This document shows, in pieces, positions 43,201 to 54,005 of a stretch of DNA of 64,000 nt. The notes under the pieces are model-generated. The model saw nothing but the letters and a program-made list of their open reading frames with translations. It ran no database searches and had not been told where the DNA came from. Each line of letters begins with the position of its first letter. The first letter of the stretch is position 1. The stretch is from Anolis carolinensis (Eukaryota). The position numbers and the translations under genes are program-made. The stretch covers positions 6,572,001 to 6,636,000 of the forward strand of contig NC_085847.1 in the NCBI RefSeq assembly GCF_035594765.1. Reading direction: 5' to 3'.

Positions 43201-46200
43201 TCCTGCCCGATCTGCTTGTACCCGCCCACGGCCGCCAAGATCACCCGCTGTGGGCACATTTTCTGCTGGGCCTGCATCCTGCACTACCTGTCTCTGAGCG
43301 AGAAGACTTGGAGCAAATGCCCCATCTGCTACGGCTCGGTCCACAAGAAGGACCTGAAAAGGTAACGCGGTTCTTGAAGCGGGCGCCACCTTTGCCTCGC
43401 GCGGCCAGTCTCCCGTCACTTAGTGCTTCCCTTGCTTCGCAGTGTTGTCGCTCTGGAAACCCATCAGTATGCAGTCGGGGACACCATTACCATGCAGCTG
43501 ATGCGGCGGGAGAAGGGGGTCTTGATTGCCCAGCCAAAGTCCAAGCTGACCAATGTGACGCAGCCGATCCACCTGGGAGGTGAGCGCTGAGGGTGTCATG
43601 GAATGGAAGGCAGTTATTGCAAGCATCCTGCCTCCAAGATCTTGGCAGTGGTTCTTCAGAGGCCCATCGTAGCATCTCTAAGCCTCCCTTCAGAAGCAGA
43701 AAATCACCCTAATCTCCCATTTTGCGTGCCCCTTTGTCCAGATGAGCAACACAGCCAGTATTCAAAGCTGCTTCTGGCCTCGAAGGCTCAGGTGCTGCAG
43801 CAGGTGATCTTGGAGGAGAAGGCCGCCCTCCTGCGTCAATACGAGGAGGACAAGCACACACCCGAAGCGTGTTTCATTGAAGCCGCCATCCAGGAATTGA
43901 AGGTGAATGCCCTCGAGATTTCACCGGGGGAGGGGGGGGGTGAGGTCTGTCTCCGGTGTATTCTGTTCTGTACCATGATATCTGTTAATACTGATTCCTT
44001 TCAGCATTTTCATTGTGCAGTCCTTTGTTTTGACAGAATTGTTTGAGGAAATTGAGTACATATAAGCATAGATTCTGCTCAGAAAAATAGCTTGAATCAA
44101 TAGTTGTCAAGGCAGTGTGTAAGACATGTATTATTATTACTGCTCAGAGTTCCCAGAACTGTATTTCAACATTACCACATGTAAGTTGTGTGGATTTTTT
44201 AGTTTTACTGCATAGTAATGGGAGAGGAGAGATACTACAGCACCCAGCATGCCTTGTTCTGGAGAGTTTGGCTGTATTTGGGTTTAGTTGATGCTGGAAC
44301 ATCATGATAGCCAACTCATTGGGGAGGAAAAAGTCCCAAATATCAAAGTTTAATGTTGTGACATGCTATAATGGACAAGACTTCCTGGTATTTTTGTTGT
44401 CAAGCTGACAGAAAGGGGTCAATGGTTTTGGTATGCCAGGATAAGCAAAGGAGGACCCAAATGGTTGTGTGCATAACATGGTGCTGCTTGGCTTGGCCTT
44501 TAGGACCGAGAGGGCACATTGCTGACTGGCAAAAACCACAATGCCGGTGTTGTCGGTACCACAGCAGCTTTGGAAGAGATGGTTGTAACGGAGCTGCCTG
44601 ACAAGGAAGCAGCAGCAGTGGCAATATCCCAGGAGAAAAAGGTACGAGCCCCGAGTGTGTCTCCGCTTGGTGCCATGAAGGTCTTTGGAAGGGAGTCATC
44701 CTAATTGGAGTGGTATGGCTTGAACCCCTGTTAAGGAAGTCTCCCTTTTCCAGACCGATCCCTAGAAAGTGGCGGCAGAGATGCTTCAGGGCGCAGTGGC
44801 ATTCTGTAGCAGAGGGTCTTGTGGCTCCAACAGGGATGACAAAGATGGCTGCTAACTATTTTCACTTTCAGCAGTGCGTGATACAATACCTCTCTGCATT
44901 TGATGAAGAAATTGTGATGTCTCCCTCTGAGGATTCTGCAAGCGGGATTCAGGCCCCGTTGGAAATGGAAGAGTCTGCAGTGGACAACAAGGAAGAGCCT
45001 GACCTGGCGCTGAGTGAAGGGAACAAATCTTGTCTGGCCGAATCTGCTCCTGAGAAATCTAGAACGGCACTCGGCACTGGCCACCCAAGTAGCTCCCCTT
45101 TCTACTACTTCTACCAAGGTTAGTGGGATGCTAAGCTGTCGTGCTCCTTGGAGAAGGTTTGCATCTGAATTGTTGCACCGACTTTGATGTCCAACCCTGA
45201 CCGGACTCTCGTCGTCGGGAATGGGTCACTGGACAGTTTGGATGGAAGCAAGCAGGGTGTGGGGAAACCTGGGGCTGCTGGACGTGGAGGGTGGCGCTGT
45301 TCCCTGCGCTTCCAGTCACTCTCCCGTGCTTCTCTCCCCTTCCTGCAGCTGAGGACGGGCAGTGCCTGTACCTCCACCCAGTGAATGTCCGCTGCCTTGT
45401 CCAGGAGTACGGCAGCCTGGAGAAGAGTCCTGAGAAGATCACTGCCACCGTGGTGGAAATATCTGGCCACTCCATGACCGAGGTAGCAATGCTTCTCATT
45501 ACAGTGGTGACTTTAGCAGGTTCTGTTGTGCCAGGGAATGAGAAGTTAAATAGCACGTGACTTAGTGGAGCTTGACCACCTTTCTTTTTGGAGGGATGAC
45601 TTAGGTAAATCCATTCTTTAAAACCCTGGCTCCTCCTTGCAGGATGTGCGTCAGCGCCATCGTTACCTTTGCCATTTGCCTCTCACTTGCGAGTTCAGTA
45701 TTTGCGAACTGGCCCTGAAGCCCCCTGTTATCTCCAGGGAAACCATGCAAATGTTTTCAGGTGAGCGCTCGTTTCCCTTTCCGTTGTACGTTGTTCCTTT
45801 GTCCGTCCTCAGCTGTAGTCAAAGAGTTTCTGCTCATGTATTTGTGGCTTGTGTCGACAGTGAGATCGTTGGGTTTGGTGAATTTGAGGAAGCTGTAAAT
45901 GCAGTTGAACTATTAAACCTGAAAGTAAAGCTCTAGGGCCGAGCTTGGAAAGCACTGCCTGGGAGGGACGAGGGGCTGCCAAGGGGTTAGTGAAATAATT
46001 GATTTTGCTTTTAGTCCTTTGACTCCCCAAATGTTTCTTAGATGACATTGAAAAAAGGAAGCGTCTGAGACAGAAGAAAGCTCGCGATGAGCGACGCCGG
46101 GAACGCAGAATTGAAATGGAGGAAAATAAAAAGCAGGGGAAGTGTAAGTGGCATTCTTACGTTGGTCCTGTGTCTCTTTCTGTACTTTTGAATGCAAGGG

Positions 46201-47597
46201 CTGAGGGTTGACACACATAGGCAAGTCCCCGAGCGGTGTTGAAGGCTTCCCTGTGCCTGCCTTTGGCCATTTAGTCTGGCAAGGTAGCCAAGGAGAAGTG
46301 TGGCTGCACATTTGCATCTAGTGGGACCTAGCACCCAAATCTGTCCCTTGGGTGGACTCTAGTGGTCTCAGGAGATGTTCTTGATTGAACAGGACTGTCA
46401 TAAAGATGGAACTGAAGAGGTTTTTTTTGTCTGCTTGCTTAGATCCAGAGGTGCGTATTGCTTTGGAGAATCTGCAGCAGTTCCCTGCCTTCAGTGCATG
46501 TTCAGGAGAATCGGATGGGACCGAGACCCAGAGCACCCCTTTGATGTCTTCCTCGGGCAGAAGCCCTGTTTCTCAACCAGGTGAGCAGCCAAGTGCCTCC
46601 AGAATGAAGTATGCTATGCCCTCACTTGAGAAAGTGCTGTCAGATGACTCTCCGTGGGCTTGAATCTTGAGCGTGCGGCCTTCCTCCTTACAGAGCCCTT
46701 GCTGACTCCGCTGTCCTCTGCCACCAGCCCTGGCAGCCCTTCCTTCAGTCCTGGGAACCTGGAGGAGGAAATGGCCCTCCCCTCATTTGCTGAGGTGCGT
46801 GGCCCTTCCTTTGTGCCCGGCTTGGCTTTGGAGGAATTATTTAGCAGATGGACATCCTGCTGTCCACAAAAGGTTTTCCAAGCCGTTGACATTCCATTAG
46901 CCTCTTATAAACACATCTCTCTCCTTGACAGATGCTGAGAGCTGGAAAAGCTAAACCAGACACTTGGAATATTTCCCAGCCAAAGAAGAAAGGTGAGCGA
47001 TGGTCCCATCCACGGTACAGTGCTTGTGAAAGTGATCTGTCTGGCCTGCAGCGAGCTAAAAGTATTTTTTTCCTTCCAGAAGAGAATGCTAACCTGGCCC
47101 CTCCAGCTCCGGTGGACAGCGATGGGGAGAGTGACAATTCGGACCGTGTTCCTGTGCCTAGTTTCCAGAATTCCTTCAGCCAAGCTATTGAGGCAGCCTT
47201 CCTGAAACTGGATAAACCATCCACTTCCGACCACCACTTGGGTAAGCAGAGCAACGATGCTCAGCTTCTTAATCCCAATACAGTCCTCCCTCCCTCCCTG
47301 TGAAGGCTCCCATAGTCCCAATGGCAAGGGCAGTGTGGCCATGCCTCAGGAGCACTTTCGGATCTTAAAGAGCAAAGGAAAATGTGGCAAGCCAAACTAG
47401 ATGGCTGCCATATTGTACAGGCACCAAGATGGGGTTGCGTTTGGGGCGTGATTCTAGTTAGCAACTCTGGCGAAGGTGTTCCTCCCGAAGGCCACCTAAG
47501 GCTTGACTCTTGTTCCTTTGCAGAGGAAAAAAGAGGCAAGAAGAAGAAGCAGAAGCAAAAGCTGCTCTTCAGCACTTCGGTCGTCCACACCAAGTGA
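36986..47597 (+). CDS. RNF10: RING finger protein 10 E3 ligase, ~830 aa, 17 exons: 36986-37223, 40663-40868, 41906-42105, 42430-42520, 43177-43361, 43443-43579, 43742-43902, 44504-44641, 44872-45118, 45349-45482, 45643-45760, 46042-46143, 46443-46580, 46694-46794, 46932-46992, 47080-47241, 47524-47597
   Basis: C3HC4 [46 protein letters not shown]; [17 protein letters not shown]; YYFYQAEDGQ; C-terminal [19 protein letters not shown]. Phases consistent across all exons (2493 nt). AATAAA at 48477-48482. Confidence 0.97.
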
Positions 47598-49680
47598 CCC
47601 TCCTAACAGACAGACTCGGCCTCCTGGTTTCTTTGTTTGCTTTTGTGTTTTTTTGCTGCTATAGACAAAAAAAAGGTATTTAAACGGGGGCAGAATAGGT
47701 TTGTTTCTGGGACGTGGGGTGGGCTTTAGGGCATTTTAATGAAGCAACGGGTTCAGTTCGTATTGAAGCAGAAAGTCTTGAAATGCAGATTGGGAAGCCA
47801 AAGTTTCAGGGTTGGGCCAGGCTTGGTGCCTTTGGCCTGGGGTGGCTGGTGCAGCTGCTTTTGACACTCGGGAGGCAGAGAGAGGACGGGAAAGGGACGG
47901 GAAGGAGCGTGGCAGTGGGCCAAACATCCCCTCCTCTGTCTGTTTGCCCCCTTTCTGTAAACGGGGAGATAAATGTACTGGGCTCTAGAGCACTGCCTGA
48001 ATGTGCGGCATCCATGGACTCCCCTCACAAAGCAAAGGGGGAAAGGAGTGGAAGCCATTCAGCTCCTGCTCAAAGTTGAAGGGCTATGCGCTGTCTAGGG
48101 TCGAAATGCCATTGTATTCAACGAGGCGAGAGACACTCTTGGCCTCCTGGTGCTAATTCGATCACTTGGAGGGAGAATTCAAAATGCGTGCTTCCTTGAG
48201 TCAAACAGGGTTCTCCTCAATGTGCCGCAGGCTGTCCAGGGCGTATGGGCCTCGTGTTTTCCTGGCCCTGGGGTTCCATTGGGGTTGTATTCTGTGCGTT
48301 TCAGCCATCCTTCTCTCCCACTCCCCCCCCCCCCTTATTTTTCTTTTTGGTGTGTGGAGAAGTCTCCTTTGGCACTGCTTTGTGGCTTGATCTGAAACTA
48401 ATTCCTACTAAAAAAAAAGTGTCAGTTCCGTTGAATACGAGGGACATGTCAGTGTACTATACCAGCAAATAGTTGCAATAAAATCATATGCACAACAGCG
48501 GTGGCGTTTGACTCTGTGCCATTTTTCCTCTTGTTGAATCTTTTCCTTAGCGGCCTACCTCTGGTTGGTCACATTGAATTGGCCCCTTCGGCCTGAATTG
48601 GGATCATGTGCAGAGGGGGAGCTACAAGGGGGGGTCATGCTCCCTTCAGACTTCCGCTGGGCCTTTTGAAGTTGCTTAGTTATCTCAAGACAAGGTGTGA
48701 AGGATTGTCAAGGTCCCTCCCTCTGCAGTGCGAGAAACTGGGGACTAAGGAACACTTGGTGGGTTGCAGAATGCTTGTCTGGGGGGGAGGGGGTGCCCTG
48801 GTCTTACCCCTTACCACCATGAGAGGGTGCTGTTGCCTTGCTTTTCTCACTGATCAACCAGAATAGTTCTACTGGTAGAGACCCAGGTATGGTGTTTGAG
48901 CTATATAAGTGGATCTTGAGCCAGAGCTATGAGGTCCTGTGGAGGATGGACAATACAGTGGGGCTGTGGGATCTGCTTAGGGTTTGGTTCTAGGACACCC
49001 CCCCCCCTTTTTTTCAGGTCCTATTATATAGTGACGTCCCTTGTGTAGAATGGCACAATCAAGGTTTGGTTTTTGAAATTATTTTTTGGGAATCTGTCCC
49101 AGCTGTGGGTGAGTGGACATGGAGGGCTCTGTCTCCAGCACCATCCCTCTTCTATGGCTGCTGCCACCAATAGCATTCTGGTAAACCAGGACTGAGAAAT
49201 ACAGATTCCACAAAGATGTGTTGCAGGGCATTTCCCGTTGTCCCTCATGACTGGCTTTGTGGGTCTTGGCCTGCGGGCGGGCGTTCCTCAGCTTCTCCTG
49301 GTCATGCTTTACACCTTGGGTTACCTGGCAAAAACAGTGCCCTTGTATTTGAAATGTCTCATCTGTATTAACAGGGAAAGCTTTGAAGTGGGCAAGAAAC
49401 AAGAGGAAAGATAGCAAGGATTTGAATTGAAGTCCAGCCACATCTAAGGGGCTGCATGACTATGAGCTACAGAGTTCTTTGAGTCTTTTAAAAATGAAAT
49501 AATGTGATTCCTTATATTCCAGGGAATAGGTAGAAACCAGATGACTACTCTTTGCTTTTAACTTATTTTATCAACACATAAAATTAACACAGGCAAAAAA
49601 GAGTGGAGGGAGGGGTTTCACTCTTGCTGGGAAGCACCGCTGAGATTGTCTGTTATGACTCTTGGAGGGAGAGGAGCGGC

Positions 49681-52216
49681 TCAATCCATCACCGCGCTGT
49701 CCTCGCTTTCATCTTTGCTCTCAAAGGATGAATCTCCTTCAAGCGCACAGCTCTGGACTGACTCCTGGATGGCTTGTTTGTCTGCTGCAACAAGTAGGAA
49801 GAAGAGCTCTCAACACATGCTGCGCTTGATACGGCTTCTCAACCAGCCCCAAATATGCCAGGGAGCCATTTGTGTAGACAGCCAGCCCATCGTTTTGGAT
49901 TTATTGGCGGACATCTTACCATGCTCCATCCCCTATTAGACGGCCCTAGGTATCTTGAAACCTTGGTCTCATTTTCAGACTGCTCCGGGAAATAAGCAGT
50001 GGATTTACCTTCGCTGGTGCAATTGTCTAACGCCGACAGCAGATGGTCCTGGTTGTATTGAATTAGGAATTTCTGACAGGTGCGGATTGTGGCTGATGGA
50101 GGAGAAAGAACAAATCAACAGGGTGATCAGGACTCTTGGCTGAGAAGAAACAATATAAACCCTTGTGACGTCTTGAAGGAGTAAGTTCTCCTCTGCACTA
50201 TGCAATTATAGGCCTATGAGTCCCAATGGAATACAATGGCTGCATCCTGTGGAATGTGAGTTTGGCTGAGAATTCCAAATAACTGCCAATCTCCAAATGT
50301 CATGGCAGTTAAAGTGAGATCCAAATGCTGTAACTGCGTACTGTGGGGAAAAAACCCACACCGGTTTATTGGCCTAAAGGAAGGGTACGCTATAACTCTT
50401 AACCACACAAGTACCAAACATTTGATAGAGTCAAGGCTCCCGGTGTTTTAAAATATACCAGGGATGACCAATGGGCCAGTGATCATGCTTTTGAGAGGAC
50501 CTTTTCATCGGCCGCCCCAGGATTGTGGAACAACCTGCCAGTAGAGATCTGACAACTAGATCAGCTGTTGGAATTTAAAAACCATGTAAAGACCTATCTC
50601 TTCTGGCAGGCCTACCCAGCCAGTCTTAAATGTGTAAATTTTAAATGCGTATCTTGTGTTTAATCTCTATTGCGTATTTTAATATGTATTTTATAGAAAC
50701 ATGCTTCAATACGTAGCTTTTATAGAAATACATTTTAATAAGTAGATTTGTAGTATTTTTTACAATGTTTATGTGTTTTAATTATTCTGTAACTGCCACA
50801 AGGAGAGGCAGATAACAAAATTATTATTATTATTATTATATTATTTAAAAAGAGAGCACTCACCTCCAATATGCAGCATATTAAAAGAACAGGGATAGCG
50901 CTGGTTCTTGTTCTCTAAGTGAGTGATAAAAGGCAGTGATGACCCGAGGAGCCGATAAAAATCTCTCCGGCAACATAAGAGGACGATCCCAGTGTAGGCA
51001 TTGAGGTACTTCACTGGGGGGGAAGAAATGAGGAGAGAGCAATGTTTTGTTGGGCAGGGAATAAGCAAGACTTTCCTGAATGGTTTGATGATCAAAAGAC
51101 TTGGAAAACTTTGGGACATTTTGGGCTGCTTGTCTCATTGTTGGGCACAAAATCAGAGACTATCAGGAGAAGCTTGAGAGGAGCTGCAACCCGTTTCTCC
51201 CAAAGAAGGAGAGGGCTACCGACCTGAAAAGGCAATGGAGCAGCAGGCCAGGCCGAAGTCGCCATACATCCGGGCCACAATGTTCTTCACTGCGCTGTGC
51301 ACCGTGCGCTCCTCAATGAGCTGGCGGCAACGGGGGTCTTCGCACAGGATCTCGCAGAGGAAGTACCTGTGGAAATAGAAAGGACAGCTATCACAGGAAT
51401 GGCACAAACTAGCTGCATCCACACTAGAATGAACACTGGGACCACTTGAACTGCCGTGGCTCCATGCTGTGGGATCCTGGGAGTTGTAGTTTGGCACGTC
51501 TTCTCTGCCGATTGACAGCTGCCCTGATTCCATAGCAGGGAGCCGTGGCAGTCAAATCCACATCATTAATTTGTCATTCAAGCTGGGACTCAAGTCTAAA
51601 CATGGAATCAATTTCGGGTTCATACACATAGAGCCTGAAGGTCATTTTGTTGTCATTATTATGTTTACGCCTGGTGGATTTTGGGAATTGCAGTCTCCGC
51701 AAAGGAACTCCTCCCAACAGGCCAATGGCTGGATCGAGGAGATGCTCCCCCCCGCAAGAGGCACAGAAGCATCCCAATATATGTGAAATGTTTAAAACAC
51801 TCTCCATTTAATACTACAGTTTATTATGTAAAATATTATATTTTATATGATTTAAAATATATTTTAAAAATTAAAATATTTAAAATATATTTTAAAATAT
51901 ATTTTAAATAACTGAAAGCACTATATTGGACACGATTTAAGGTATTACATTTGACATGATTGCAAAGTATTTCAAAGTATTTCAATTATTCTATTTTGCA
52001 TTATTTTAATTTATTTGTAAAGCATTAAAATACCTAAAATATATTCTTACTTGAATCTTCCCGCCTGCTATGACCATCATGTAGCAAATATAAGGAGTCG
52101 ATGAAGTCTATGCATCAACTTCATGCTGGTGCATCTACACTGGAGGGTTACCGCGGTTTCACCCCGCTTAAAGTGCCCTGGCTCCATGTGGCTCACCTGT
52201 TTTTAAATCTCACCAT
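49681..52216 (-). CDS. POP5: Ribonuclease P/MRP protein subunit POP5, 166 aa, 5 exons: 52216-52197, 51366-51224, 51013-50864, 50092-50009, 49784-49681
   Basis: MVRFKNR/YFLCEILCEDPRCRQ...YGDFGLACCSIAFS/VKYLNAYTGIVLL...PFITHLENKNQRYPC...HIG/ATIRTCQKFLIQYN.../ADKQAIQESVQSC...AVMD*. Phases consistent (501 nt). Confidence 0.95.
50480..50845 (+). mobile_element. L2-clade LINE 3' end in POP5 intron 3
   Basis: Remnant FSSAAPGLWNNLPVEI*QL..LLEFKNHVKTYLF, followed by a T-rich 3'UTR and (TTA)n tail. Confidence 0.7.
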
Positions 52217-52780
52217 CTCTCTTCCGGAGTGCCAATGCGGCAGCCGCCGCCGGAGAAGGAAAGCCTGGACTCTCCGAGTCTGACTGGCTGAAGCGGTTAA
52301 TATCCGTTAGACTTTTAACGCCCACTTCCGGAGGACCGTTGCATTCTAATCCTCGCGACTCTATGGGGGAAATCCATAGAGAAACTATAGAGCGGCCAAA
52401 CGCCTCGATTTCCGGGTTTCCTTTAAAGCTCTTTTTGTCAGAGCGAAGGCGAGTTGGCTATTCCGAAGGGGCGGGGATGACTGACGTCACGAGAGAGCCG
52501 CCTTCCTATTGGCCCGCGCGTAGCTGCATGTGCTTGACAGTACTAACAGTGGGAACGACTTTTAAAAAAGCTTTCTGAGCCGGCCGCGGCTTTTTTTCGA
52601 CTGACCAATCAAGGTGCGGCTCGCGCGTTGTGGCCCCGCCTTTCGCCGGATTTAAATAGGATTGGCTCTGGCTAACTATCCGTCTCGTTGAAACGCATTT
52701 TGATTGGTTTTCCTGACCGCACGCGCGGGAGGGAGGAGAAGCACCGAGGCTATAAAAGCGAGTCCTTTATTTTTTTTTTA
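52217..52780. promoter_or_regulatory. POP5 promoter plus divergent CCAAT/TATA promoter
   Basis: ETS CACTTCCGG (~52323); CRE at 52482-52489; CCAAT/ATTGG boxes at ~52508, 52605, 52661 and 52703; TATAAAAG at 52751-52758 on the + strand. Confidence 0.7.
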
Positions 52781-53316
52781 CCTCAGAAACAGAACGCGTT
52801 CATGAGCGCGCCTTTTTTGTCTTGTGGCCGATAGGAGGCGCTGGCGCCGAGGTTTGAGGCGCCAAAGCGTTTCCTCCTCAAACACGAGGGACTTCGTGTT
52901 ATATAAGAGCAGCGCGATGGCTCCCTCCGAAAAGCAGGAATACAATACAGGCCGAGCATGCCTTATGTAAGAATTCAAAATACTGCACTCCAAATATTTC
53001 ATGTGCAAAATTATTTCAGATATTGTGAGGAAAATTACCTCACGCGGTAGGTCTATGAAGCAGACATGACATTCATGTTGAGGGGGTCTCTCCACATGGT
53101 GGAATTAAGGCGGGTTTGGACCACTTGAGTGGCCAGGCCTCAGTGCAGTGGGGTCCTGGGTGATGCAGCCCGGCAAATATTGAACCATTGTAATGGGTCG
53201 CAGACAATGAGATCCGGACTGCGGATAGCGGGAACCAGAAGCACAGATACCGAGGTCTGTTAAGCGGGTGGTCGGTACACTTATGGATTCGTAGCTAGTG
53301 AGACCAAGAAGCTATA

Positions 53317-53657
53317 CAGTATTCCTTCACTACTTCACGGTTCATTTTTTGCGGATTCACTCTTGCGGTTTTTCAATAAACTCTAAAAGACTATAATAAA
53401 TCATAAAAAATGACAATTTCCATCCTAAGGAAGGGAGGAAGGAGAAGCCGAAGGGAGAGAAAAGGAGCCCAAGTAGCAACGGGAGGAGAAGGAGGCGATT
53501 TATCAACACATGACTGGTTGATAAAGACTTAAAATACTGTATAACTACTAAAATAATATATAAATATTAAAATAAATATAGTGTCCCTACTTTGCGGATT
53601 TTCACTTATTGTGGTGGGTCCTGGAACCTAACCCCTGCGATAAGTGAGGGAACACTG
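53317..53657. mobile_element. Second Tigger-like MITE family
   Basis: TA|CAGTATTCCTTCACT...AGTGAGGGAACACTG|TA imperfect TIRs with TA target duplication. Confidence 0.75.
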
Positions 53658-53667
53658 TAATCCCAAT

Positions 53668-54005
53668 GTGTTGTCTAAGGCTTTCATGGCCGGAATCACT
53701 GGGTTGCTGTGAGGTTTTTGGGTTGTCTAGTCATGTTCCAGAAGCATTCTCTCCTGACATTTTGCCCACATCTGTGGCAGGCATCCTCAGAGATTGTGAG
53801 GTCTGTTGGAAACTTGGCAAGTGGGGCTTATATATCTGTGGAATAATGTCCAGGGTGGGAGAAAGAACTCTTGTCTCTTTGAGGCACGTGTAAATGTTGC
53901 AATTGGCCATTTTGATTAGCACTGAATAGCCTTGCAGCTTCAAAGCCTGGCTGCTTCCTGACTGGGGGAATCCTTTGTTGGGAGGTGTTAGCTGTCCCTG
54001 ATTGT
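53668..54005 (-). mobile_element. Penelope-like element fragment
   Basis: Same family as 7262-7535 (GATTAGCACTGAATAGCCTTGCAGCTTCAAAGCCTGGCTGCTTCCTG). Confidence 0.75.

Noticed and set aside
49325-49441. Minus-strand ORF resembling ERO1A exon 1 (hydrophobic leader, then HCFCQ|gtaa)
   Set aside because: Starts at GTG with an in-frame TAG just upstream and no ATG; no further ERO1 exons found; most likely coincidence in the POP5 3' region.
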